From NCBI GenBank assembly GCA_965222355.1, contig OZ244953.1, positions 4,230,714-4,294,713 of the forward strand: a stretch of 64,000 nt of DNA, written 5' to 3'. This DNA comes from Rhodospirillales bacterium. GTDB taxonomy: Bacteria > Pseudomonadota > Alphaproteobacteria > Rhodospirillales > Casp-alpha2. The position numbers and the translations under genes were made by a program. Shown in pieces: positions 1-7,842 of this stretch. Within the stretch, counting starts at the first letter, position 1. Each line of letters begins with the position of its first letter. The notes beneath the pieces are model-generated. The model was not told where the DNA came from. It was given only the letters and a program-made list of their open reading frames with translations, and ran no database searches.

Positions 1-459
1 ACCCGCACCGACGTGGTCGCCCCCGAAGACGGCGTCGTCGTCGCCCTCAGGCACCACACACCGGGTGGGGTGATCCAGGCCGGCGAACCGGTGCTGGAAC
101 TGGTGCCCGACAACGACAGATACGTGATCGACGTGAAGATCGACCCGAACGACATCGACGTGGTCTATCCGGGCCAGGTCGCGCGGGTCCGGCTTTCCGC
201 GTTCAACGCGCGAGCGACGCCGATGATCGAGGGTAAGGTTGTTCAGGTTTCCCCCGACCGCCTCACCGATCCGCAGACAGGCGCGGGGTTCTTTTCCGGC
301 CGCGTGATCCCGAACGAGAGCGCGTATCGGGCCGACCGGCCGATGCTGTCGCCGGGCATGCAGGCGGAGGTGTTTCTGGTAACGGAACGCAGGTCGGTGC
401 TGGATTACCTGCTCGATCCCCTCGTCCGCGCCGCGTCGCGTGCCGGTCGGGAGACGTAA
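1..459 (+). CDS. HlyD-family type I secretion membrane fusion protein, C-terminal part (5'-truncated by window)
   Basis: APEDGVV...TPGGVIQAGEPVLELVP, VRLSAFNARATPMIEGKVVQVSPD, LSPGMQAEVFLVT-RSVLDYLLDPL are typical PrtE/HlyD C-terminal motifs. Confidence 0.9.
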   Translation, partial: TRTDVVAPEDGVVVALRHHTPGGVIQAGEPVLELVPDNDRYVIDVKIDPNDIDVVYPGQVARVRLSAFNARATPMIEGKVVQVSPDRLTDPQTGAGFFSGRVIPNESAYRADRPMLSPGMQAEVFLVTERRSVLDYLLDPLVRAASRAGRET

Positions 460-473
460 GTTAATTTCACCTT

Positions 474-497
474 GTCACCCCCGCGAAAGCGGGGGAC
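474..497. repeat. Family A REP-like palindrome, left half-element
   Basis: GTCACCCCCGCGAAAGCGGGGGAC matches the left arm of the full elements at 9460, 17588, 31798 and 44698. Confidence 0.8.
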
Positions 498-646
498 TGC
501 ATGACGGTTTGAACGCTTCCGCACCCCACAGCCGCATCGTCACCCTGAACTTGATCAGGGTCCATACGACGGATTTGACGCAAACGGTGTCACCGGTATG
601 GGTCCCAAATCGAGTTTGGAACGACGGCGATGTTATCCGATGCGGC

Positions 647-1153
647 TCACCGAACCGGTCTGATCCGGCCCGTCGCGCGATCGACGGCGAGCTTCTCGAC
701 CAGGGCCTTTTCCTTGGCCGTCACGACGTCGACGACGATCTCGTCGGCATTGTCATCGGCAACGTCCCCGACCGTCAGCCGGTCGTTGCCGAGCATCACC
801 AGACGCGCCTGGACGAGGGCGCGGGCATCGTCGGCTTTAAGCTTAAGATCACGATCCTGTCCCCAGCCATACATCATGCCGGGACCGTGGCCCATGCCAT
901 AGCCCTGGCCCATCATACCAGGACCATAGCCCTGGCCCATCATACCAGGACCATAGCCCTGGCCCATCATGCCGGGGCCATAGCCCTGGCCCATCATACC
1001 GGGACCGTAGCCCTGCCCCATCATGCCGTACCCGCCACCGCGGCGATTATCGATTTCGTCGGCCGACACGGACACGGCGGCGCTCATGACGCCGGCGCAC
1101 AGGATGGCGGCGAGAACACGGGATAAACGGATTGAACGGAAAGTCATCGTCAT
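647..1153 (-). CDS. Secreted Gly/Met-rich repeat protein (GYGPGMMGQ x4 plus degenerate copies), function unknown
   Basis: GGAGG RBS precedes ATG at 1153 (MTMTFRSIR); signal-peptide-like N-terminus ending VSA; low-complexity repeat followed by a small globular C-terminal domain. Confidence 0.8.
   Translation of the reverse strand: MTMTFRSIRLSRVLAAILCAGVMSAAVSVSADEIDNRRGGGYGMMGQGYGPGMMGQGYGPGMMGQGYGPGMMGQGYGPGMMGQGYGMGHGPGMMYGWGQDRDLKLKADDARALVQARLVMLGNDRLTVGDVADDNADEIVVDVVTAKEKALVEKLAVDRATGRIRPVR
897..1031. repeat. 27-bp coding tandem repeat (CCATAGCCCTGGCCCATCATACCAGGA-like)
   Basis: Directly visible; encodes GYGPGMMGQ on the minus strand. Confidence 0.95.
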
Positions 1154-1212
1154 TCCTCCCATTGAGTGAGTGATTTCGGGAGGAACGTAGCCCGGGCGCC
1201 ACGCCCCCGGCA

Positions 1213-1226
1213 TTGATGTGCATCAA
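1213..1226. promoter_or_regulatory. Perfect FNR/FnrL/FixK box TTGAT-GTGC-ATCAA
   Basis: Exact TTGAT-N4-ATCAA consensus about 66 nt upstream of the ATG at 1153. A minus-strand TACGTT -10-like hexamer at 1184-1189 gives class II spacing. Confidence 0.8.
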
Positions 1227-1256
1227 TCAACTGCGGGTAGCCCCACACCGCCGCTC

Positions 1257-1282
1257 GTCACCCCCGCTTTCGCGGGAATGAC
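1257..1282. repeat. Family A REP-like palindrome, right half-element
   Basis: CCCCCGCTTTCGCGGGAATGAC matches the right arm of the full elements and is inverted relative to 474-497. Confidence 0.8.
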
Positions 1283-1290
1283 AAGACGTA

Positions 1291-1815
1291 TCAGGACCCC
1301 AGCGGTTCCGGCGGCATGGACGGGAACATCGGATTGGCCGGCTGCGGCGCGGCCGTCTCGTCGCTCTGGTTCTCATCGGTGATGTCGGCTTCGGCATCCT
1401 CGGACGCCTCCCCCGCGACGGCTTCGTCCATCGGCTCGGCGACAATATCGTCTTCTTCGCCGAGCGGCTCGAGGTCGTTCCGCGTCCACCAGTACCAAAA
1501 GCCCTGCGAGCGCAGCCATTTTTCGAGGCGGTCGAGATTGGACCATTCACGGCCCGCACCGCGCGCCGAATAGATTCTGGCCAACTGTCCGTCGACATAG
1601 ACAAGCACGCCCCACGTATGCGGGTTCTTGGTCTGATCGCCGAATCCCCCGCCTGCCTGCTCGCGCCAGACACGATAAACCACCGCATACTCGCCGAGCC
1701 GCCCGACCGCGCGCAGATACGGCAGGTCGGCCTGGGTGATGGTCATGGTGACCCCCAGCGCCAGGTCCTGCTGGGCTGCGTCCTGTGGAACCGGGTTTCC
1801 GACATCTTGCGGCAT
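1291..1815 (-). CDS. Hypothetical protein with Trp-rich core and acidic C-terminal tail
   Basis: ORF with normal codon pattern; likely start MPQDVGNP at 1815 (ORF track extends to 1881); no family recognised with confidence. Confidence 0.65.
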   Translation of the reverse strand: MPQDVGNPVPQDAAQQDLALGVTMTITQADLPYLRAVGRLGEYAVVYRVWREQAGGGFGDQTKNPHTWGVLVYVDGQLARIYSARGAGREWSNLDRLEKWLRSQGFWYWWTRNDLEPLGEEDDIVAEPMDEAVAGEASEDAEADITDENQSDETAAPQPANPMFPSMPPEPLGS

Positions 1816-2004
1816 GGTGATAGGAACACCTTGTATCATGTTGTTGACACGCACGCTCAAATAACGTACATCATGATACATGCTGTTGACCGATTCCGCT
1901 AGTCCTTAATTCAGCGGGGCCACAGCAGAAGGTTTTCGGGGCCGATGCCCCCAGGATTCAACGGGGCACAGTCCCCATCCAAAACGAGAATTAGGAGTTT
2001 TGAC

Positions 2005-2559
2005 ATGGCTAAAAAAGTTGCTCCGGTGCCCAAAGGCTATCGCACCGTGACCCCGTCCCTGGTCGTCCGTGGCGCCGATGCCGCGCTCGGCTTTTACAAC
2101 GAAGTGTTCGGCGCCGAAGTGCTTTCGCGCACCTACGCCGAAGACGACGTCACCGTCCTGCACGCTGAAATGAAGATCGGCAACTCGATCATCGTCGTTT
2201 CCGACGAACTGCCGGCGTTCGGCATCTGGTCGCCGCTCGCGTTCGGTGGTTCCGCCGTTGCCCAGCACCTCTATGTCGCCAACGTCGACGAGATCTGGGA
2301 ACGCGCCGTCGAAAACGGTTGCACGGTGCTGGTGCCGCTGGCCGACACGCACTATGGTGAACGCTTCGCCAAGGTTGTCGATCCGTTCGGTCACGTCTGG
2401 TCGATGTCGAAACGTATTCCGGCTCCGAAAGCCGAAGACATCAAGGCCCAGACCCAGGCCGAAGGTTTCTCGATCTACGAGCCCCAGGCTCAACGTGAAG
2501 AACAGCAGTACCCGACCGCCGATGCCGCCCACGTTGAGGGCGAGATCGCAGCGGCCTAA
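2005..2559 (+). CDS. VOC/glyoxalase (PhnB-like) family protein
   Basis: AGGAG RBS before MAKKVAP; TPSLVVRGADAALGFY...HAEMKIGNS...ERFAKVVDPFGHVW pattern. Confidence 0.9.
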   Translation: MAKKVAPVPKGYRTVTPSLVVRGADAALGFYNEVFGAEVLSRTYAEDDVTVLHAEMKIGNSIIVVSDELPAFGIWSPLAFGGSAVAQHLYVANVDEIWERAVENGCTVLVPLADTHYGERFAKVVDPFGHVWSMSKRIPAPKAEDIKAQTQAEGFSIYEPQAQREEQQYPTADAAHVEGEIAAA

Positions 2560-2574
2560 CGCTGATATCGGAGG

Positions 2575-2598
2575 GGGCGGCCGATCGGCCGCCCTTTT
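2575..2598 (+). terminator. Rho-independent terminator
   Basis: GGGCGGCC-GATC-GGCCGCCC followed by TTTT just after the VOC stop. Confidence 0.75.
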
Positions 2599-2642
2599 CA
2601 CCTCTGAGGTTTGTCCATTTTTTACACAGGGACTTGAAGGAA

Positions 2643-3947
2643 ATGACTGATAACAAATCGCTCAACGACCGTCGTCAGGCCGCCACGCCCCGGGGCGTCG
2701 GTGTCGCCACCGGCATTTACGCCGACCGCGCCGAAAACGCGGAACTGTGGGACGTCGAAGGCAAGCGCTACGTGGACTTCGCGGGCGGCATTGCCGTTCT
2801 CAACACCGGTCACCGCAACCCGACCGTGATGGCCGCCGTCCAGAAGCAGCTCGAGCGGTTTACCCACACGGCGTATCAGGTCGTTCCCTACGAGCCCTAT
2901 GTCGAACTTGCCGAAAAGCTGAACGAACTGGCGCCGGGCGACACCCCCAAAAAGACCCTGTTCGTGACCACGGGTGCCGAGGCCGTCGAAAACGCGGTCA
3001 AGATCGCGCGCGCCCACACGGGCCGCCCGGGCGTTGTCGCGTTCTCCGGCGGGTTCCACGGCCGCACCATGATGACCATGGGACTGACCGGGAAAGTCGA
3101 CCCCTACAAACGCGGTTTCGGCCCGATGCCGGCCGGCATTCACCACCTGCCGTTCCCGATGCCGATGCACGGCGTCTCGGTCCAGGACTCGATCGACGCG
3201 CTGCACCGCCTGTTCAAGGCCGATCTCGAACCCGAACAGGTCGCAGCGATTATCATCGAGCCGGTCCAGGGCGAAGGCGGTTTCTACATCGCCCCCATCG
3301 AACTGATTAAGGAACTGCGCCGCGTCTGCGACGAACATGGCATCTGCCTGATCGCCGACGAAGTGCAGACCGGTTTCGCCCGCACGGGCCGCATCTTCGC
3401 CTCCGAACACTGGGGTGTCGAGCCGGACATGATCACCACCGCGAAATCGCTCGCGGGCGGTTTCCCGCTCGCCGGCGTTGTCGGCAAGGCGGAAATCATG
3501 GACGCCCCCGCGCCGGGTGGTCTGGGCGGCACTTATGGGGGTAGCCCGATCGGCTGCGCCGCCGCGCTGGGTGTCATCAAGGTGATCGAGGAAGAGCAGC
3601 TTCTGGGCCGCGCCAACATTATCGGCCAGCGCATCGTCGAGCGTGTCAATCGCATCAAAGACCGCACAGACGTGCAGCCGATCGGTGACGTCCGCGGGCT
3701 GGGCGCGATGGTCGCGTTCGAGATGGTGACGGAAAAAGGCACCGATAAACCGGACGCCGACGCCACCAAGACGCTCTGCGCCAAAGCGTTGGAAAAAGGC
3801 CTGATCCTGCTGTCGTGCGGCGTTTACGCCAACACGATCCGGATCCTGGTGCCGCTGACCGCTTCGGATGCCGTTATCGACGAGGGTCTCGACATCATCG
3901 AGAACTGCCTCGCCGAGATGGGCACGACCGCGGTCGCCGCGGAATAA
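2643..3947 (+). CDS. gabT: 4-aminobutyrate:2-oxoglutarate aminotransferase
   Basis: DFAGGIAVLNTGH, THTAYQV, EPVQGEGGF, DEVQTGFARTG, TTAKSLAGGFPL (PLP Lys), GGTYGGSP. Confidence 0.9.
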   Translation: MTDNKSLNDRRQAATPRGVGVATGIYADRAENAELWDVEGKRYVDFAGGIAVLNTGHRNPTVMAAVQKQLERFTHTAYQVVPYEPYVELAEKLNELAPGDTPKKTLFVTTGAEAVENAVKIARAHTGRPGVVAFSGGFHGRTMMTMGLTGKVDPYKRGFGPMPAGIHHLPFPMPMHGVSVQDSIDALHRLFKADLEPEQVAAIIIEPVQGEGGFYIAPIELIKELRRVCDEHGICLIADEVQTGFARTGRIFASEHWGVEPDMITTAKSLAGGFPLAGVVGKAEIMDAPAPGGLGGTYGGSPIGCAAALGVIKVIEEEQLLGRANIIGQRIVERVNRIKDRTDVQPIGDVRGLGAMVAFEMVTEKGTDKPDADATKTLCAKALEKGLILLSCGVYANTIRILVPLTASDAVIDEGLDIIENCLAEMGTTAVAAE

Positions 3948-3954
3948 GGCTTCG

Positions 3955-3986
3955 CCCGGCGGGTGCGGAATACGCCGCCGCCGGGC
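3955..3986 (+). terminator. GC-rich hairpin after gabT (weak terminator or stabiliser)
   Basis: CCCGGCGG...CCGCCGGG stem; no clear U-tract. Confidence 0.4.
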
Positions 3987-4059
3987 AGACCTTGACCGGA
4001 ACACGCTTGCAAGCGACCATTGTAACGTATTGCGAAATAAACATAGAGGTCCCTATTAG

Positions 4060-5016
4060 ATGACCCCCTTCGCGATTGCCGGTGTGCAGATGCAAGTTTC
4101 GGCCAGCCATGAGAACGTGACCGCGATGTCGCATCGCGTCGATCACGTGATGGCGCGCTTTCCCTGGGTTCAGATGATCGTGTTCAGCGAGCTGGCGCCG
4201 TATGGCCCGCTGACCGGCAACCATCCCGAAAGCACAGAAGGGGCGCTTGAGGTCTTCCGCGAAGCCGCGCGCCGTCACAACGTCTGGCTTCTTCCGGGTT
4301 CTATGTTCGAACGCACCGAATACGGCCTTCAGAACGTCGCCTACGTCATCAATCCGCAGGGTGAGACCGTCGGCCGCTACGCCAAGATGTTCCCGTTCCA
4401 GCCGTACGAAGCCGGTGTCGAGGGCGGGACAGAGTTCTGCGTCTTCGACGTGCCGGAAATCGGCCGCTTCGGGGTGTCGATCTGCTACGACATCTGGTTC
4501 CCGGAAACCACGCGCACGCTCGTCTCGATGGGCGCCGAGGTGCTGCTGCACCCGGTCTTAACGGGGACCATCGACCGTGACATCGAACTTTCGATCGCGC
4601 GCTCGACCGCGGCGATGTTCCAGACCTATGTCTTCGACATCAACGGCCTGGGCCCGGGCGGGACCGGACGCTCCTGCGTCGTCGATCCGTCGGGCACCAT
4701 CCTCTATCAGGCCGCCGGCCAGGAGGAAGTGATCCCGGTCGAGGTCGATTTCGACCTGGTGCGCCGCCAGCGCGCCGTGGGCCTTAGGGGCCTGGGGCAG
4801 ACTTTGAAGAGTTTCCGCGACCGAAACGCCTATTTCGGGGTTTATGACCCGACCGTCGCCGATACCAGCTATCTTTACAGCCTGGGCGCGCTGGAAATGC
4901 CGCATCAGGGCTCGCAGGAGGGACTGAACGTCCCCCGCCCCGCCGACGTGAACGGCCACCGGGGCTATAACAACATTACGGTGCTCGACACCCATAAAAG
5001 CGCGAAAGACGCATAA
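4060..5016 (+). CDS. Carbon-nitrogen hydrolase (nitrilase superfamily)
   Basis: Glu-Lys-Cys triad in context: FSELAP, YAKMFP, SICYDIWFPE. Confidence 0.9.
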   Translation: MTPFAIAGVQMQVSASHENVTAMSHRVDHVMARFPWVQMIVFSELAPYGPLTGNHPESTEGALEVFREAARRHNVWLLPGSMFERTEYGLQNVAYVINPQGETVGRYAKMFPFQPYEAGVEGGTEFCVFDVPEIGRFGVSICYDIWFPETTRTLVSMGAEVLLHPVLTGTIDRDIELSIARSTAAMFQTYVFDINGLGPGGTGRSCVVDPSGTILYQAAGQEEVIPVEVDFDLVRRQRAVGLRGLGQTLKSFRDRNAYFGVYDPTVADTSYLYSLGALEMPHQGSQEGLNVPRPADVNGHRGYNNITVLDTHKSAKDA

Positions 5017-5042
5017 AACAATGACGAACAGGGAGTTCAAAA

Positions 5043-7784
5043 ATGCCGGACGAGGGAGCGAAGACTAAGGGCGTATCGCTAGGCCGCTATTACAATGCCA
5101 CCCAGTTCCGCGTCGATACGTGGAACAAGCTCAAGAATATCGTCCTTCGGCTTGCCGAAGGGCGGGAACGCCCCGACGACTATGCGCAGGCCAAGGCGCT
5201 GCTGGACGAACTTGCGCCGTTCGAAACGTATTGGGCGTTTCCGGGCCACCACGATTTCAGGCAGCTCTACCATCTTCTGGACACCAAGGACGTCCGCACG
5301 CTGAGCCGCGCGGTGTCACGCATCGTCGGCGCGATGATGAGCAGCAGCTATCGCCGCAAGCACGTCAACCTCGGCCTTCACGGCGAGGATGAATATCTCG
5401 AGGAAGAGGAACTTGAGACGCTTGAGGAGCGGAGCCGCCGCCGCCCCTATTTCGAAGTGCTGTTCGTCGACGACCTGTCGCACGTGCAGCAGCATCAACA
5501 GGAAGAGGGTCTGCACGGCATGCGCCGCGAGGAAGACCCCTTCACTTACGAACCCGTGTTCGTGCCCAGCTTCGAGGACGCGGTCATCGCGGTCCTGTTC
5601 AACCACAACATCCAGTCGGTGGTGATCCGCTTCGGCTTCCGTTTCAAATCGATCAACGATCTGCCGGTTTTGAACCGATATCTGAAGATGGCGCACATCG
5701 ACAGCGTCGATGACCTGGAGCCGCAGGACTACGGGATCGTCCTGGCCGAGGTGATCGGCCGCATCCGCCCGGAACTGGACCTCTATCTGGTGACCGATCA
5801 GAGCGTCGAGGACGTGGCCGGCCGCGTCGGCGATTCATGCCGCCGCATCTTTTATAATCAGGAAGACTTCCTGGAACTGCACATGAACATCCTGAGGGGT
5901 GTCGACAGCCGCTTCCAGACCCCCTTCTTCACCGCGCTCAGGAATTACGCCAAGCAGCCGACCGGCGTGTTCCACGCGCTCCCCATCTCGCGCGGCAAGT
6001 CGATCACGAAATCCAACTGGATCAGGGACATGGGCGAGTTCTATGGGATGAACATCTTCCTCGCGGAAACGTCGGCGACGTCGGGCGGGCTGGACTCCCT
6101 TCTTGAGCCGATCGGGCCTTTGAAAAAGGCGCAGGAGCTGACATCCCGGGCGTTCGGCTCGCGCAAGACCTTCTTCGCCACCAACGGCACGTCGACCTGT
6201 AACAAGATCGTCGTGCAGGCCGTCGTCCGGCCGGGCGACATCGTTCTCGTCGACCGTGACTGCCACAAGTCGCACCATTACGGGATGGTGCTGGGCGGCG
6301 CGCACGTGGTCTATCTCGATAGTTATCCACTTAGTGAGTATTCGATGTACGGCGCCGTGCCGCTGCGCGAGATCAAGAAAGAACTGCTGGAACTGAAGGC
6401 CGCCGGCAAGCTGGACAAAGTCCGCATGCTTCTGTTGACGAACTGCACCTTCGACGGGCTGGTCTACAATGTCGAACGGGTGATGGAAGAGTGTTTGGCG
6501 ATCAAACCGGATCTCGTCTTCCTGTGGGATGAGGCGTGGTTCGGCTTCGCCCGGTTCGGGCCGACGTATCGTCAACGCACGGCGATGTATCAGGCCGGCA
6601 ACCTCCGCGAAAAGTTCAAGGACCCGGATTATCGCGAGGCCTACGAAGCGCATAAGATCGAGCGCGAGGAAGCCGGCGACGATATCGAGAAACTTCTGGA
6701 TATGCGCCTGATGCCCGATCCGGATACGTCCAGGGTCCGCGTGTACGCGACCCAGTCGACCCACAAGACCCTGACGGCCCTCAGGCAGGGCTCGATGATC
6801 CACGTCCACGACCAGGACTTCGCATCGAAGACGGAGGAAGCCTTCCACGAAGCGTTCATGACCCACACCTCGACCTCGCCCAACTACCAGATTTTGGCGT
6901 CGCTCGACGTCGGGCGCCGGCAGGTCGAACTCGAAGGCTTCGAGATGGTGCAGAAACAGGTCGAGATGGCCATGGTGCTGCGCCAGAAGGTCCGCACCCA
7001 TCCGCTGCTGTCGAAGTTCTTCAAGATTCTCACCGTCGGCGACATGATCCCGGCGGAATACCGGCAATCGGGAATCGAGAGCTACTACGAGGCCGACAAA
7101 GGCTGGAACGATATCTGGGAAGCATGGGCGGGTGATGAGTTCGCGCTCGATGCGACCCGCATCACGCTGCTGGTCGGTGAGACCGGCATGGACGGCGATA
7201 CGTTCAAAAACGCCGAGTTGATGGATAAATACGGCATCCAGATCAACAAGACGTCGCGCAACACGGTCCTGTTCATGACCAACATCGGCACGACGCGTAG
7301 TTCGATCGCGTATCTGATCGAGGTGCTCGTCAAGATCGCCCACGAGATGGAAGAGAAGCTCGAGGACATGAATGCGCCGGAAAAGAAAGCGCACGAGAAA
7401 AAGGTCAACGGCCTCCTGAACGAGTTGCCGCCATTACCCGACTTCTCGCGCTTCCACGACGCCTTCCGACCCGACCCCAAGGGGCACACCCGCGAGGGTG
7501 TGATGCGGGATGCGTACTTCCTTTCTTATGATGAGGACACCTGCGAGTACCTGACCCTCGAAGAGGGGATCGAAGAGGCGATGGCCGCGGGACGCGAGGT
7601 CGTCAGTGCGACCTTCATCATCCCCTACCCGCCGGGCTTCCCGATCCTGGTGCCGGGCCAGGTGGTCTCGAAAGAGATCATCGGGTTCTTCAAGGCGCTC
7701 GATGTGAAGGAAATCCACGGCTACCGCCCGGACCTGGGCTTACGCGTATTTACCGAGGACGCTTTGAAAGCGCGCCTCAAATAG
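5043..7784 (+). CDS. Large fold-type I Orn/Lys/Arg decarboxylase-family protein
   Basis: FHALPISRGKS, FFATNGTSTCNK, VDRDCHKSHH, WDEAWF, TQSTHKTL (PLP Lys), HTSTSPNYQILASLD, YPPGFPILVPG. Confidence 0.9.
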   Translation: MPDEGAKTKGVSLGRYYNATQFRVDTWNKLKNIVLRLAEGRERPDDYAQAKALLDELAPFETYWAFPGHHDFRQLYHLLDTKDVRTLSRAVSRIVGAMMSSSYRRKHVNLGLHGEDEYLEEEELETLEERSRRRPYFEVLFVDDLSHVQQHQQEEGLHGMRREEDPFTYEPVFVPSFEDAVIAVLFNHNIQSVVIRFGFRFKSINDLPVLNRYLKMAHIDSVDDLEPQDYGIVLAEVIGRIRPELDLYLVTDQSVEDVAGRVGDSCRRIFYNQEDFLELHMNILRGVDSRFQTPFFTALRNYAKQPTGVFHALPISRGKSITKSNWIRDMGEFYGMNIFLAETSATSGGLDSLLEPIGPLKKAQELTSRAFGSRKTFFATNGTSTCNKIVVQAVVRPGDIVLVDRDCHKSHHYGMVLGGAHVVYLDSYPLSEYSMYGAVPLREIKKELLELKAAGKLDKVRMLLLTNCTFDGLVYNVERVMEECLAIKPDLVFLWDEAWFGFARFGPTYRQRTAMYQAGNLREKFKDPDYREAYEAHKIEREEAGDDIEKLLDMRLMPDPDTSRVRVYATQSTHKTLTALRQGSMIHVHDQDFASKTEEAFHEAFMTHTSTSPNYQILASLDVGRRQVELEGFEMVQKQVEMAMVLRQKVRTHPLLSKFFKILTVGDMIPAEYRQSGIESYYEADKGWNDIWEAWAGDEFALDATRITLLVGETGMDGDTFKNAELMDKYGIQINKTSRNTVLFMTNIGTTRSSIAYLIEVLVKIAHEMEEKLEDMNAPEKKAHEKKVNGLLNELPPLPDFSRFHDAFRPDPKGHTREGVMRDAYFLSYDEDTCEYLTLEEGIEEAMAAGREVVSATFIIPYPPGFPILVPGQVVSKEIIGFFKALDVKEIHGYRPDLGLRVFTEDALKARLK

Positions 7785-7791
7785 TGCCATT

Positions 7792-7816
7792 GGCGGCGGC
7801 TCGACCCGCCGCCTTT
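7792..7816 (+). terminator. Terminator-like hairpin between decarboxylase and ATP-grasp genes
   Basis: GGCGGCGG-CTCGAC-CCGCCGCC followed by TTTT. Confidence 0.65.
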
Positions 7817-7842
7817 TAAAATTAAACAGGGAGACGATTATC

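Noticed and set aside
897-1031. Possible CRISPR array
   Set aside because: The units are contiguous 27-bp in-frame coding repeats without unique spacers, and no cas genes are present.
440-1126. 228-aa plus-strand ORF with AHHTRTIAL repeats
   Set aside because: Antisense shadow of the GYGPGMMGQ repeat gene. The minus-strand gene has the RBS, signal peptide and FNR box.
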